Positions 52,865 through 61,566 of a DNA stretch of 64,000 nt are shown here, piece by piece. Source of the stretch: Opitutales bacterium (GTDB lineage: Bacteria; Verrucomicrobiota; Verrucomicrobiia; Opitutales; PNEW01); assembly GCA_965197745.1 (NCBI GenBank), contig CBDANS010000006.1:864001-928000 (forward strand). Reading direction: 5' to 3'. The notes under the pieces were generated by a model. The model had not been told where the DNA came from and did not search any database. It worked only from the letters and a program-made list of their open reading frames with translations. Every line of letters starts with the position of its first letter. The stretch's first letter is position 1. The translations under genes and the position numbers were made by a program.

Positions 52865-54182
52865 TGGTCGTGACCACGAAAACTGGTACACTTGAAAAGT
52901 TAGTCTGGGTAACCTAGAAAGGACTCAGACAATGAAAGGCAAAAGATACACAACTGAAGAGAAAATACGGATGCTGCGGCAGGCGGACAAAGGGAAAACG
53001 ATCCTGGAAGCATGCCGCGAGAACAACATTAGCGAACAGACTTTCCACCGCTGGAAGCGTGAGTTTGGGATGATTGATGTCGACCAGGCCAAGCGGATGA
53101 AGGAACTCTTTGAAGGAGAACGCGCGGTTAAAACGGATGCTGGCGGACAAGATGCTGGGGATAGAGATCCTGCAGGAGACCCTCGAAAAAAAACTGTAAG
53201 CCCTGGGCACAAGCGGCAAGTGGCAGAGAGACTTGTGGCTCGGGGCCAGTGTTCGATGCGAGCGGGGTGCCGGTACTTTCGGCTGCACCGTTCCACCTAT
53301 GCGTATAAGGCGAAGCATCCGGATGCTTGGTTAATGAAACTGAAGGCGGCAGTAAGGCGGTTATCACGGCAATATGCCAGGTGGGGCTATCCGAAGATCA
53401 CGAAGCTGTTGAAAGACGAAGGCTGGGAGGTGGGTAAACGTCTCGTGCAAGGTCTACGACGCGAACTGGGCTTGGCGATCCCCCAACGCAAGCCAAGACG
53501 TCGGGGCAGGGGTGTTTCCACCGGGCTGCCGACCAAGGCCGAACATCCCGGCCATGTTTGGACCTGGGATTTTATCCACGATAAGACGGTCCGCGGTGGC
53601 AGTTTAAAAATGTTGACCGTGCTCGATGAGTACACCCGCGAGTGTCGAGTGATCCATGTTGATCGCCATATCAATGCGGAAACGGTGCGCGGTATCATGC
53701 AAAAACTGCTTGCCCGTCATGGGCCGCCACAATATATTCGCAGTGACAACGGTTCCGTTCCGAGGAGCGAAGCGACGACATGCGAAGCCATTCATTGAAA
53801 AGGAATTGAGAGCCTGGCTAACTGCGATGAAAATCAAAACCCTCTATATCGAACCAGGAAGCCCTTGGCAGAACGGATACATTGAATCGTTCCATGCCCG
53901 TTTTCGCGAGGAGTGTTTAAACCGTGAACAGTTATGGACTTTGACCGAAGCCCGCGTGGTCATCGAAGATTGGCGCTGGCTTTACAATCATGTCCGACCC
54001 CACCGCAGCCTCGGCAACATCACTCCACGGCACTTCACTGAAAACCTCAATACCGAAGGCTCGGGCTCCATTCGGGCTACGCCCTCATTGCGCCCAAGCC
54101 TTGACTTCCTCTACCAACTTAACTTCAACATTAACCTCTCCAGACTAACTCTCCCGGTGGACCAGTTTGTGTAACCCGACCA
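52865..54182 (+). mobile_element. IS3-family element, inactivated (copy 1)
   Basis: ~44-bp imperfect TIRs TGGTCG...GTTAGTCTGG; OrfA HTH, A8 slippery site, OrfB WTWDF/SDNG/PWQNGYIES; frameshifts; no TSD seen. Confidence 0.92.
53758..53789 (+). mobile_element. 32-nt hairpin mini-insertion in IS3 OrfB
   Basis: TTCCGAGGAGCGAAGCGACGACATGCGAAGCC between DNGS and FI; shifts the frame. Confidence 0.75.
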
Positions 54183-54792
54183 CAGACAAAGACAAATATC
54201 TTTAAGGGACAGATTTTGCTGCGGGGAAATTATATAAAAATAATTCATGCTTTCGTACGCTCGATTGAATGGTTTCGAGGCCGATGGGGTTTTTAAAGCT
54301 TCGAAGCTTAATTTGATTTGCCCGTGAAGGGGTCTGAGTGCCTCGAGAAAGGGCGTTTGCATCTTAAGGCAGGGAATGGGTTGTTTCATAACGAAGGAGC
54401 ATCGTACATTGTAGAGCAAATTTAAGCGGGGTTCTTTTTAAATAATTTTGGCTGTCAAACCTTGCCCTTTGTAAATATATTTTCCAGCGAGCAAATCGAT
54501 ATATGGACTAAGGGTCGGTCAGCTGATCGACCCCCCCGCCCCCTAGTAACATGATTTACTCTCTCTTCGATTTATTTCAAAATTAGCGGACACCCGCGAT
54601 GTTAGACGGCGAACTTTTTCTTGATGGGAATACCCTTAAATTATGGGTCGCAATGGGTGTGGCAGTAGTATGTCAACACCGGCTTAATCAGGGTTTTAAA
54701 CTGGGGCTTACTCCTTAATTATCGATTATCTAAGACCGTTAGGAAATTATAAGTTAAAAATAATATATTGATGATCAATAACTTACAAACTT

Positions 54793-54820
54793 ACTAGACA
54801 TAATAGTTGTTGTGCGGTTC
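54793..54820 (-). other. dif-like XerC/D recombination site
   Basis: GAACCGCACAA-CAACTA-TTATGTCTAGT, an 11-6-11 layout resembling GGTGCGCATAA-TGTATA-TTATGTTAAAT. Confidence 0.5.
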
Positions 54821-55355
54821 ACCTTCTAAGACCTCCTCTCGGTGCCGTCCTCTTTTGGTCCACGCACACTGGCGCTGATAACGGTCTGCTCAGGCAACCT
54901 GAGCAAGGAGCAGTCACTCTTTTTTAAGTGTGTCCACAGGTTGGCCTTCATTGCGGACAACCTACAATATCACTTAATCAATGGGCAGATCGATTAGAGA
55001 GGATCGTGTCGATCCTCCCTCTCCTTTTTTAGTGGTCTACTTTTCACCAGAGTTAGTGCCAGAAAAAAAATGATAATATTGACAGCAGCAATTTGCGCGC
55101 AAAAAAAATGCCCCACCTCTCAGATTCAGGAAGCATCTGAAAACAGCGACGGAACAGTTGCCCCTCGAAATAAAATCTGTCATGAAAAACTGTAAAATGC
55201 AGTTGCGAAGCAACGGTTTGTCCAGGAGCTATCCTTGGGTTCGATAAATCAGTCTCGTCATACACGACAGGATTCTATGAAATGGTGCCGAAAGTAAACT
55301 TCTTACCCAAACTCGTGTCAGGCAAGTAAGGTGGAGTTATGGGAGCTATGAACCG

Positions 55356-56269
55356 ATGAATATACTTCAAGAGATGTTGAATTCCGTTTTAGCAGATTCC
55401 GACTTTGACAAATACTCTGACGATCTGCATGCAGCGTCAGGCGATATTATTCCTAGGATTGCCAACAAAACTGCAGAATCTATATTAACCAGACATCTCC
55501 TTCCCCTATTCATCTCAACAGATTTAGAAGCAGGAACCGATTTCAACCGCGAGTTCCGCAACGCCGTCGTGCGGTCAGGTGATACTGTATTTGAGGCACT
55601 TACCAGGATGCACGCCCGACCGTGCCAGGTATCATCTGCCATTCTCGTCTTACGGCGTACCGGTTATGCATACGACACGCTCGCACGGTGGCGAACCCTG
55701 CATGAAATTTCAGCGATGAGTTCTCTTATAAGTAAGCATGGTAAGGAACTAGCAGAAAAATATCTGCTGCACGATACCATACAGCGATATAAGATAGCAT
55801 GTCAGCACCAGAAATATAAAGAGCAATTAATGAGGAACCAATTACGCAGGAGGAATTTGACAGTCTCAAGTCAGAACACGACCAGCTCGTAGCTCGATTC
55901 GGCGAGTCGATAAGAAGGAATACGGCTGGGCAACTTCAATACTTGGAAAAGATCTTCCCACGATAAGCGACATTGAAAAACACGCTAACTTGGAACATAT
56001 GAGGCCTTATTACAGAATGGCGAGTGACAACGTGCACGCAAACTCTCACGGCGATTACTTTAGGATAGGGTTGAGTCAGATTCTTCACGATGATGATCTA
56101 CTTCTAGCTGGCGCAAGCAGTATGGGGTTGGCTACTCCTACTCATTCTACTGGGATTGCATTAAACCAAATAACCTCGAATTTGCTTTTAAATGTGTTGA
56201 ACTTCGACTGCTTAGTCATCTCAAATACACTCCTTAAATTAGTACATGAGATTTTGAAAGTATTCCTTG
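55356..56269 (+). pseudogene. DUF5677-like protein, frameshifted and cut by an IS
   Basis: ARWRTLHE in ORF 55356-55892; YYRMASDNVHAN in ORF from 55990; 3' end runs into the IS3 terminus. Confidence 0.55.
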
Positions 56270-56656
56270 TGATTGGACCCCGTTTTTCGTACCAATTATT
56301 ATGTGAGAGAGTTACCGGGTATTAATGGTTTTAGGATTGATGTATATGAGAGATCTTGGCGCAGTGAGGGCGTAGCCCGAACGCGGCCAAGAGCGGAAAG
56401 GAATGTGACAAACTCTTGTGGGCTTTTAAAGCCTAATCGACTGTGGGGATGTTCATTGTTATAGGTCTGACGCCATTGTTCTATTAGCACTTGCGCTTCA
56501 GCCACGCTGAGCAACACTTCACGGTTCAAACACTCATCGCGTAAGCGGTTGTGAAACGACTCGATGAAACCGTTTTGCCAGGGACTGCCCGGATCGATAT
56601 ATATCGCCTTGATCTTTTTGTCGGACAACCACTGCTGCACCTGATGAGCAATGAAT

Positions 56657-56688
56657 GGCTTCGCATGTCGTCGCTTCGCTCCTCGGAA
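56657..56688 (-). mobile_element. 32-nt hairpin mini-insertion in IS3 OrfB
   Basis: Exact reverse complement of 53758-53789 at the homologous codon. Confidence 0.75.
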
Positions 56689-56816
56689 CACTGCCGTTGT
56701 CACTGCGGATATAGCTAGGAACTCCCTCTTCATCGATGGTTTCGCTGAGTACCGAGAGAACATCGGTTGAGGTGAGCTGTCGAGCTACCCGGATGCGTAA
56801 ACATTTACGCGTATAT

Positions 56817-56859
56817 GTCTTCGCTTCGCTTGAGTGTCGTCGCTTTCAGCTCCTCGGTA
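56817..56859 (-). mobile_element. 43-nt hairpin mini-insertion in IS3 OrfB
   Basis: TACCGAGGAGCTGAAAGCGACGACACTCAAGCGAAGCGAAGAC between LID and YTR; adds an in-frame TGA. Confidence 0.7.
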
Positions 56860-57622
56860 CATCGATCAAGGTCATCATCTTTAGCATACCGCCATTGTCT
56901 GTACGATCATGGACAAAGTCCCAGGACCAGACGTGATTGCGACCGGTTGCTTTAGTAGGGAGCCCAGTAGAGATCCCCTGACGGTGTCTACGCTTTTTTG
57001 GTGGCTTTACCTGTAAGCCCGAAGAACGTCGCACTGCCTGTACAAATTTCCTGCTTGCCGCCCAACCTTCTTTCACCAGCAAGGCACGAATGCGCCGGTA
57101 ACCGTAACGGGGATGTTCCCAGGACAAGGTCAAAATCCGCTCGGCCAATTGCTGAGCCTTCTTACTGGCCTGCTTGGGTCGGTAGCTGTACGTTGACCAA
57201 CTGAGGCTGAGATAAGCACAAGCCCTCTAAAACGAGCACAGCCCCTTCTCAGCCGCATCTTTTACTGCTCGCTTCTTCTGCTTTGGGCTCACCATTTTTT
57301 TGAGAGCGTTTCCTCCAACACCCGAAGCTTGAGCATTTGATCAGCGAGCATCTTCTTCAGCTCCGTATTCTCCTTTTCCAGCTCTTTAAATCGCTTCGCA
57401 TCAGCCAGCTCCAAGTTGCCATACTTTTTGCCCCAGCGATAGAAGGTCTGTTCACTTAGGTTGTTGCCGTGGCAGACTTCCTGCACGGTTTTGCCCGTAT
57501 CGGGCTGCCGCAGTATTGCTATGATCTGTTCTGTTGTATATCTTTTTCTTTTCATTGAGGTTATCTGTTTATCCCGATAACCTCTCTCTGTTAATGATAC
57601 CATTTTTGGGGGTCACTCCAAT

Positions 57623-60016
57623 GCAAAGTCTCCTTCTGAAAATATCTACGATTGGATTGATCAGTGCGCTCATTATTGCCTCAAATTGAATCAGAAAAAT
57701 AAAACAGTACACTATTTTTTATTATCAAATGGTCTCAAAACAGGACTGTTTGTATGGGATCAAGCAAATGCAATACTTGAGCTTGGTTTTGAGGATTTCT
57801 ATTTAGGAGGTGAACTCTATGAGAAACTTAGGAATATTATCTGTGTTGATACGTTTAAAAAAGGACTGGGGGCACCTGATCCAGGTAGAAATATTCTATT
57901 ACGTAAGATTCATAAAGAAGAAGCACAAAAAGTCTTTATAAACTGTCACAAGTATATTTGGAATACCGAGAAAAGGGGCCCACTATCGGCATTTACAGAG
58001 TTCGTAAAGTTGATATTCCTTAAATTGTGGAACGATAGAATTTTGCACGAGAATTTTCGTCCCGATTATTCAGGTAAGTTACTTGTCCCGCAATCTGCTA
58101 ATACTTTCTCAATTTTGTGGATAGAATCCAGAGAGAAAGACCACGGCTCCCCGGTAAACGATATCTCTTTCAAGAACCTGATAACACATATTGAAGACGA
58201 TATAGACAAACGGAATAAAAAGAGAATTTTTGATCAGAATGAACAGATTGAGTTGAAGCCTACAACAATTAAAGGAATTGTAAAAAAACTTGAAAAAATA
58301 GATCTTTACGGAATCGATGAAGATTTAAATGGGAGGTTGTTTGAGACCTTTTTGAATGCGACAATGCGAGGTCAGGCATTGGGGCAATATTTTACACCAC
58401 GAAGCATTGTTTTACTTGCTACCGAATTGGCTGAATTGAGGACAGATTCAAATTATATTGAAAAGGTTTTAGATGGTAGCTGTGGGACAGGTGGATTCTT
58501 GATAGAAGCCATGTCAATTATGAGAAACAATATTCGTGAGAATGATTCTTACTCGATTCAAGAAAAAAAGAAATTAATAGAGGTAATTTGCAATGAAAAG
58601 ATATTTGGAATAGATGCGGCATCCGAGCCAAATCTGGCAAAGATATCAAGGATAAATATGTATCTGCATGGGGATGGAGGCAGCCATATCTATTTTGCGG
58701 ACGGTTTGATAAAAAATATTCAGGTCGATAAAACTGATCCGCGGGAACTACAACGGGAAATTGAGGAAATGAAGCATGAGTTTGGTCCCAGTTCTTTTGA
58801 TGTTGTTTTAACCAATCCCCCTTTCTCAATGTGGTACGAGGAAAAGAATGAGTCTCAAAAACATATACTTGAGCAATACAACCTAACCCAATATAAAACA
58901 AAACCCCCGAGAACACGACTAAGAGGAAGTGCACTTTTTATCGAACGATATTGCGATTTACTACGACCAGGGGGCAAACTGATCACTGTTTTGGATGAAA
59001 CTGTATTATCTTCAGGACAATATTCTTACCTGAGAGATTTCATCCGAGAAAAGTTTATCATTCGAGCTGTGATCTCATTGCATGGTGATGCATTTCAGAT
59101 GGCGAAAGCCAGGGTCAAAACTGCTTTAGTATATTTACAAAAGAAAAAATATCCGGATGATGACCAACCAGCTGCATTTATGTACTCTTCTATTAGATTA
59201 GGTGTAGATGATATGCCAATCACAACTAATCCAGAAAAGGTGAAAAGTGCTCGTGAATTGGCAAGGGAAGAAATCAAAACAATTCTGGAGCTCTATAAAA
59301 GATACAGAAAGGGCGAAAAGGGTGAGTGGTTCGTCCAAACAGCAAACCTGAACGATCGCTTGGACGTTAAGTCATGTGTGGATATGAGAGGCCGGATGAT
59401 TGAACGCTGGGAAAAGGGAAGTTACGAGGTTAGTTCGCTCGGCGAGCTGTTGACACCCCAAAATGATACTGTAATGCCAAAAGATAATCCAAACAAGGAA
59501 TTCAGAATACTCGAAATCACGTACTCGGGCAGGTGTTATATAAAAGAAAAGCGAGCTGGACGAAATATTAACTATAAAAAAATGACGGTAGTACATACTG
59601 GGGACCTGATATTTTCGAGTTATAATACTTTTCAAGGTGCAATGGGTTATGCAACAGAGGAAATTGATGGCGCGGTAGCATCAAATAGTTACATCGTTAC
59701 ACGTGCGAATAATATAGAAGATTCCCTTTATTTATGGTCTATTCTAAGAACAACAGAAATTCGTGCAGAATTTCTTACCTCTGCAATCGGGATGGGTAGG
59801 CAAACAGTAAAATGGGATAAGATTTGCACAGTCCAAGTTCCATTATTGCATCCAAGTCAAAGAGAAGCTATCGGACAGAGAGTAATGGAGCATTGGGAAG
59901 CAGAAAAAAGGGCGAAGGATGGAATAAGCGCGATCTCAAGAGAACTGCACAACAAATTTGATGTTGAGTCTCTAAGTTCACAAAAACGGTTTTTAGGGGC
60001 AAAACCACCCAAATAA
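57623..60016 (+). CDS. Fused restriction-modification enzyme (N6-adenine MTase plus specificity domain, type IIG-like), 5'-truncated by IS3
   Basis: GQYFTPR, DGSCGTGGF, TNPPF; frame open upstream of 57686 as AKSPSENIYDWIDQCAHY (remnant of an HsdR_N-like nuclease motif). Confidence 0.85.
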   Translation, partial: AKSPSENIYDWIDQCAHYCLKLNQKNKTVHYFLLSNGLKTGLFVWDQANAILELGFEDFYLGGELYEKLRNIICVDTFKKGLGAPDPGRNILLRKIHKEEAQKVFINCHKYIWNTEKRGPLSAFTEFVKLIFLKLWNDRILHENFRPDYSGKLLVPQSANTFSILWIESREKDHGSPVNDISFKNLITHIEDDIDKRNKKRIFDQNEQIELKPTTIKGIVKKLEKIDLYGIDEDLNGRLFETFLNATMRGQALGQYFTPRSIVLLATELAELRTDSNYIEKVLDGSCGTGGFLIEAMSIMRNNIRENDSYSIQEKKKLIEVICNEKIFGIDAASEPNLAKISRINMYLHGDGGSHIYFADGLIKNIQVDKTDPRELQREIEEMKHEFGPSSFDVVLTNPPFSMWYEEKNESQKHILEQYNLTQYKTKPPRTRLRGSALFIERYCDLLRPGGKLITVLDETVLSSGQYSYLRDFIREKFIIRAVISLHGDAFQMAKARVKTALVYLQKKKYPDDDQPAAFMYSSIRLGVDDMPITTNPEKVKSARELAREEIKTILELYKRYRKGEKGEWFVQTANLNDRLDVKSCVDMRGRMIERWEKGSYEVSSLGELLTPQNDTVMPKDNPNKEFRILEITYSGRCYIKEKRAGRNINYKKMTVVHTGDLIFSSYNTFQGAMGYATEEIDGAVASNSYIVTRANNIEDSLYLWSILRTTEIRAEFLTSAIGMGRQTVKWDKICTVQVPLLHPSQREAIGQRVMEHWEAEKRAKDGISAISRELHNKFDVESLSSQKRFLGAKPPK

Positions 60017-60035
60017 ATAAAATCCCGATACTACA

Positions 60036-60173
60036 ATGAAAACAAAACAAGAGAAAACCCTAGCCGGAGCAGTCAAAGCCATCGGAGCCTACAAACCAAC
60101 GGCACTGCCTAAGCAACCAAAGCAAACACCTCCAATCAAAGAGCTTAAAAGGAAATGGAAAATAAGCAGGTAA
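60036..60173 (+). CDS. Small basic 45-aa protein
   Basis: MKTKQEKTLAGAVKAIGAYKPTALPKQPKQTPPIKELKRKWKISR directly after the R-M gene. Confidence 0.4.
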   Translation: MKTKQEKTLAGAVKAIGAYKPTALPKQPKQTPPIKELKRKWKISR

Positions 60174-60189
60174 TACCTCCTTTTGGGGC

Positions 60190-60207
60190 AATAAGTATAT
60201 AATTCCC
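60190..60207. mobile_element. Possible IS1595-family (ISNwi1-like) terminal inverted repeat
   Basis: Reverse complement GGGAATTATATACTTAT fits the ggnnatTAT end pattern; no partner end found. Confidence 0.4.
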
Positions 60208-60381
60208 TTATTTTATTAGATTTAAAATGCGTTACCCGCCTGAATACGCAAGGTGTTCAAGCAACGCTTAAATGTTTGTAGTGTTAACAACGTAATTCGA
60301 TCGAATTGAACGCATAAAATAACAAATTTTTACCTGTTTGTCTATCATCCGAAAGAGGGATATCAGGTGATCCCAAATAGA

Positions 60382-60507
60382 AACACGGATTCAAGCGGAT
60401 TAGCAAGTAAAAAGTCCTCAGAAAAGACAGAATTTTTTAGGAATAGACTAACAGCGGATTAAGCGGATGACACGGATTTGAATAAATAATCGAAAAAATG
60501 CGGATCA
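60382..60507. repeat. CGGAT repeat array upstream of GxxExxY
   Basis: cacggattcaagcggat; cagcggattaagcggatgacacggat (9-bp period). Confidence 0.7.
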
Positions 60508-60641
60508 GTTAATTGTATTCTTTTACTTTCGTTTTAAAGAGACTCCAGGTTATAGATTAACTCTTAAGATGGGAGAAAGAATTACGTGTTTATTAATATT
60601 TATACAATGCCTGCAGATAACGCATATTCAGTATCTAAAAC

Positions 60642-61017
60642 ATGATGTCACAATTGATTCACAAGGAGTTGAGTAGAAAGATATTAGGTGCTGCTATGAC
60701 GATTTTGAATGAGTTGAAACCTGGGCTAGATGAACGACTTTACGAAAATGTTTTATATTGATTTAATAGAATCCGGGTCCCAAGTAGAGCAACAAAAGCG
60801 ATTTCATGTGAACTACAAAGGGAAGCACATTGATACTCTAGTCCCTGATTTAATCTTGGATAACACCTTTATCGTAGATACTAAAGTGGTATCCGAGTTT
60901 AATGAAACTCACATCACCCAAATGATTGGCTACCTGGCGATTACAGACTTGAAACTAGCGCTTTTATTGAGTTTTAAAAACATTGAGCTTAATTGGAAAC
61001 GGGTTGTCCGCAGTTAG
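60642..61017 (+). pseudogene. GxxExxY (PD-(D/E)XK nuclease-like) protein, frameshifted
   Basis: MMSQLIHKELSRKILGAAMTILNELKPGLDERLYEN then a frame change into PDLILD..IVDTK..Q.IGYL. Confidence 0.85.
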
Positions 61018-61045
61018 ACTCGGATACTGTGTCTAAATTTAACTG

Positions 61046-61224
61046 AATATCCGTGATATCCACAGCTCTATCATGTTTCTATTCTGTCCTATCCGTGATA
61101 TCTGAGTCATCCGCGGTCATAACTTTTCCCCTATCTTATTCATAAAAATCTGCGGAATTTCTAAACTATAAATACGCGGTACATCAAATCCTTAATATCC
61201 GCATCATCCGCAATATCCGCGGTT
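61046..61224. repeat. ATCCG repeat array downstream of GxxExxY (inverted against the upstream array)
   Basis: atccgtgatatccac; atccgtgatatctgagtcatccgcgg; atccgcatcatccgcaatatccgcggtt. Confidence 0.7.
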
Positions 61225-61228
61225 TATT

Positions 61229-61510
61229 TTAAACAATCTTGACGATCAAGCGGTCGGAATGGGAATCGGAGGCAAGCGTGGATTTCACCTCACTATCAGT
61301 CGGTGAACCGGGGACATTCAAGCCAACTGGAGGAGGACTCAGTGAAGGATCTCTCACTAAAGGGGGCTTGTTATTATAATTCAGCTCCAGCCCTGCAGCC
61401 TCTGAAAAACCGAAAACAGGGGCCAAAAGCTGTCTCTGCTCCAAGGTTTCCATCCAAATCCTGGACGACCTGTTTTTGATAATCCTTTTTCTGCTCTTTT
61501 TATGTGCCAT
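61229..61510 (-). CDS. Small protein with planctomycete-type LEPR-xLL leader
   Basis: Basic N-terminus then METLEQRQLLA. Confidence 0.55.
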   Translation of the reverse strand: MAHKKSRKRIIKNRSSRIWMETLEQRQLLAPVFGFSEAAGLELNYNNKPPLVRDPSLSPPPVGLNVPGSPTDSEVKSTLASDSHSDRLIVKIV

Positions 61511-61566
61511 TAGATATTAGCTGTTTAATCCTATATTAAGATGGGTCGGATAGTTTATTTATTCCG

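Larger units (their letters stand above)
56270..57620 (-). mobile_element. IS3-family element, inactivated (copy 2, divergent from copy 1)
   Basis: Ends TGATTGGACCCC / TGGAGTGACCCC; OrfA 57289-57555, A7 slippery site, OrfB with internal stop and two insertions; no TSD. Confidence 0.92.

Noticed and set aside
53753..53762. TTCCG-TTCCG as a target-site duplication of the 32-mer
   Set aside because: Absent at the identical insert in IS3 copy 2, so coincidental.
54225..54236. GGAAATTATATA as the left end matching 60196-60207
   Set aside because: Short AT-rich match, no TSD and no transposase behind it.
54111..54419. 102-aa ORF
   Set aside because: Crosses the IS end and has no recognisable motifs.
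60382..61224. CRISPR array
   Set aside because: Repeats are 5-9 bp with no spacer structure and no cas genes.
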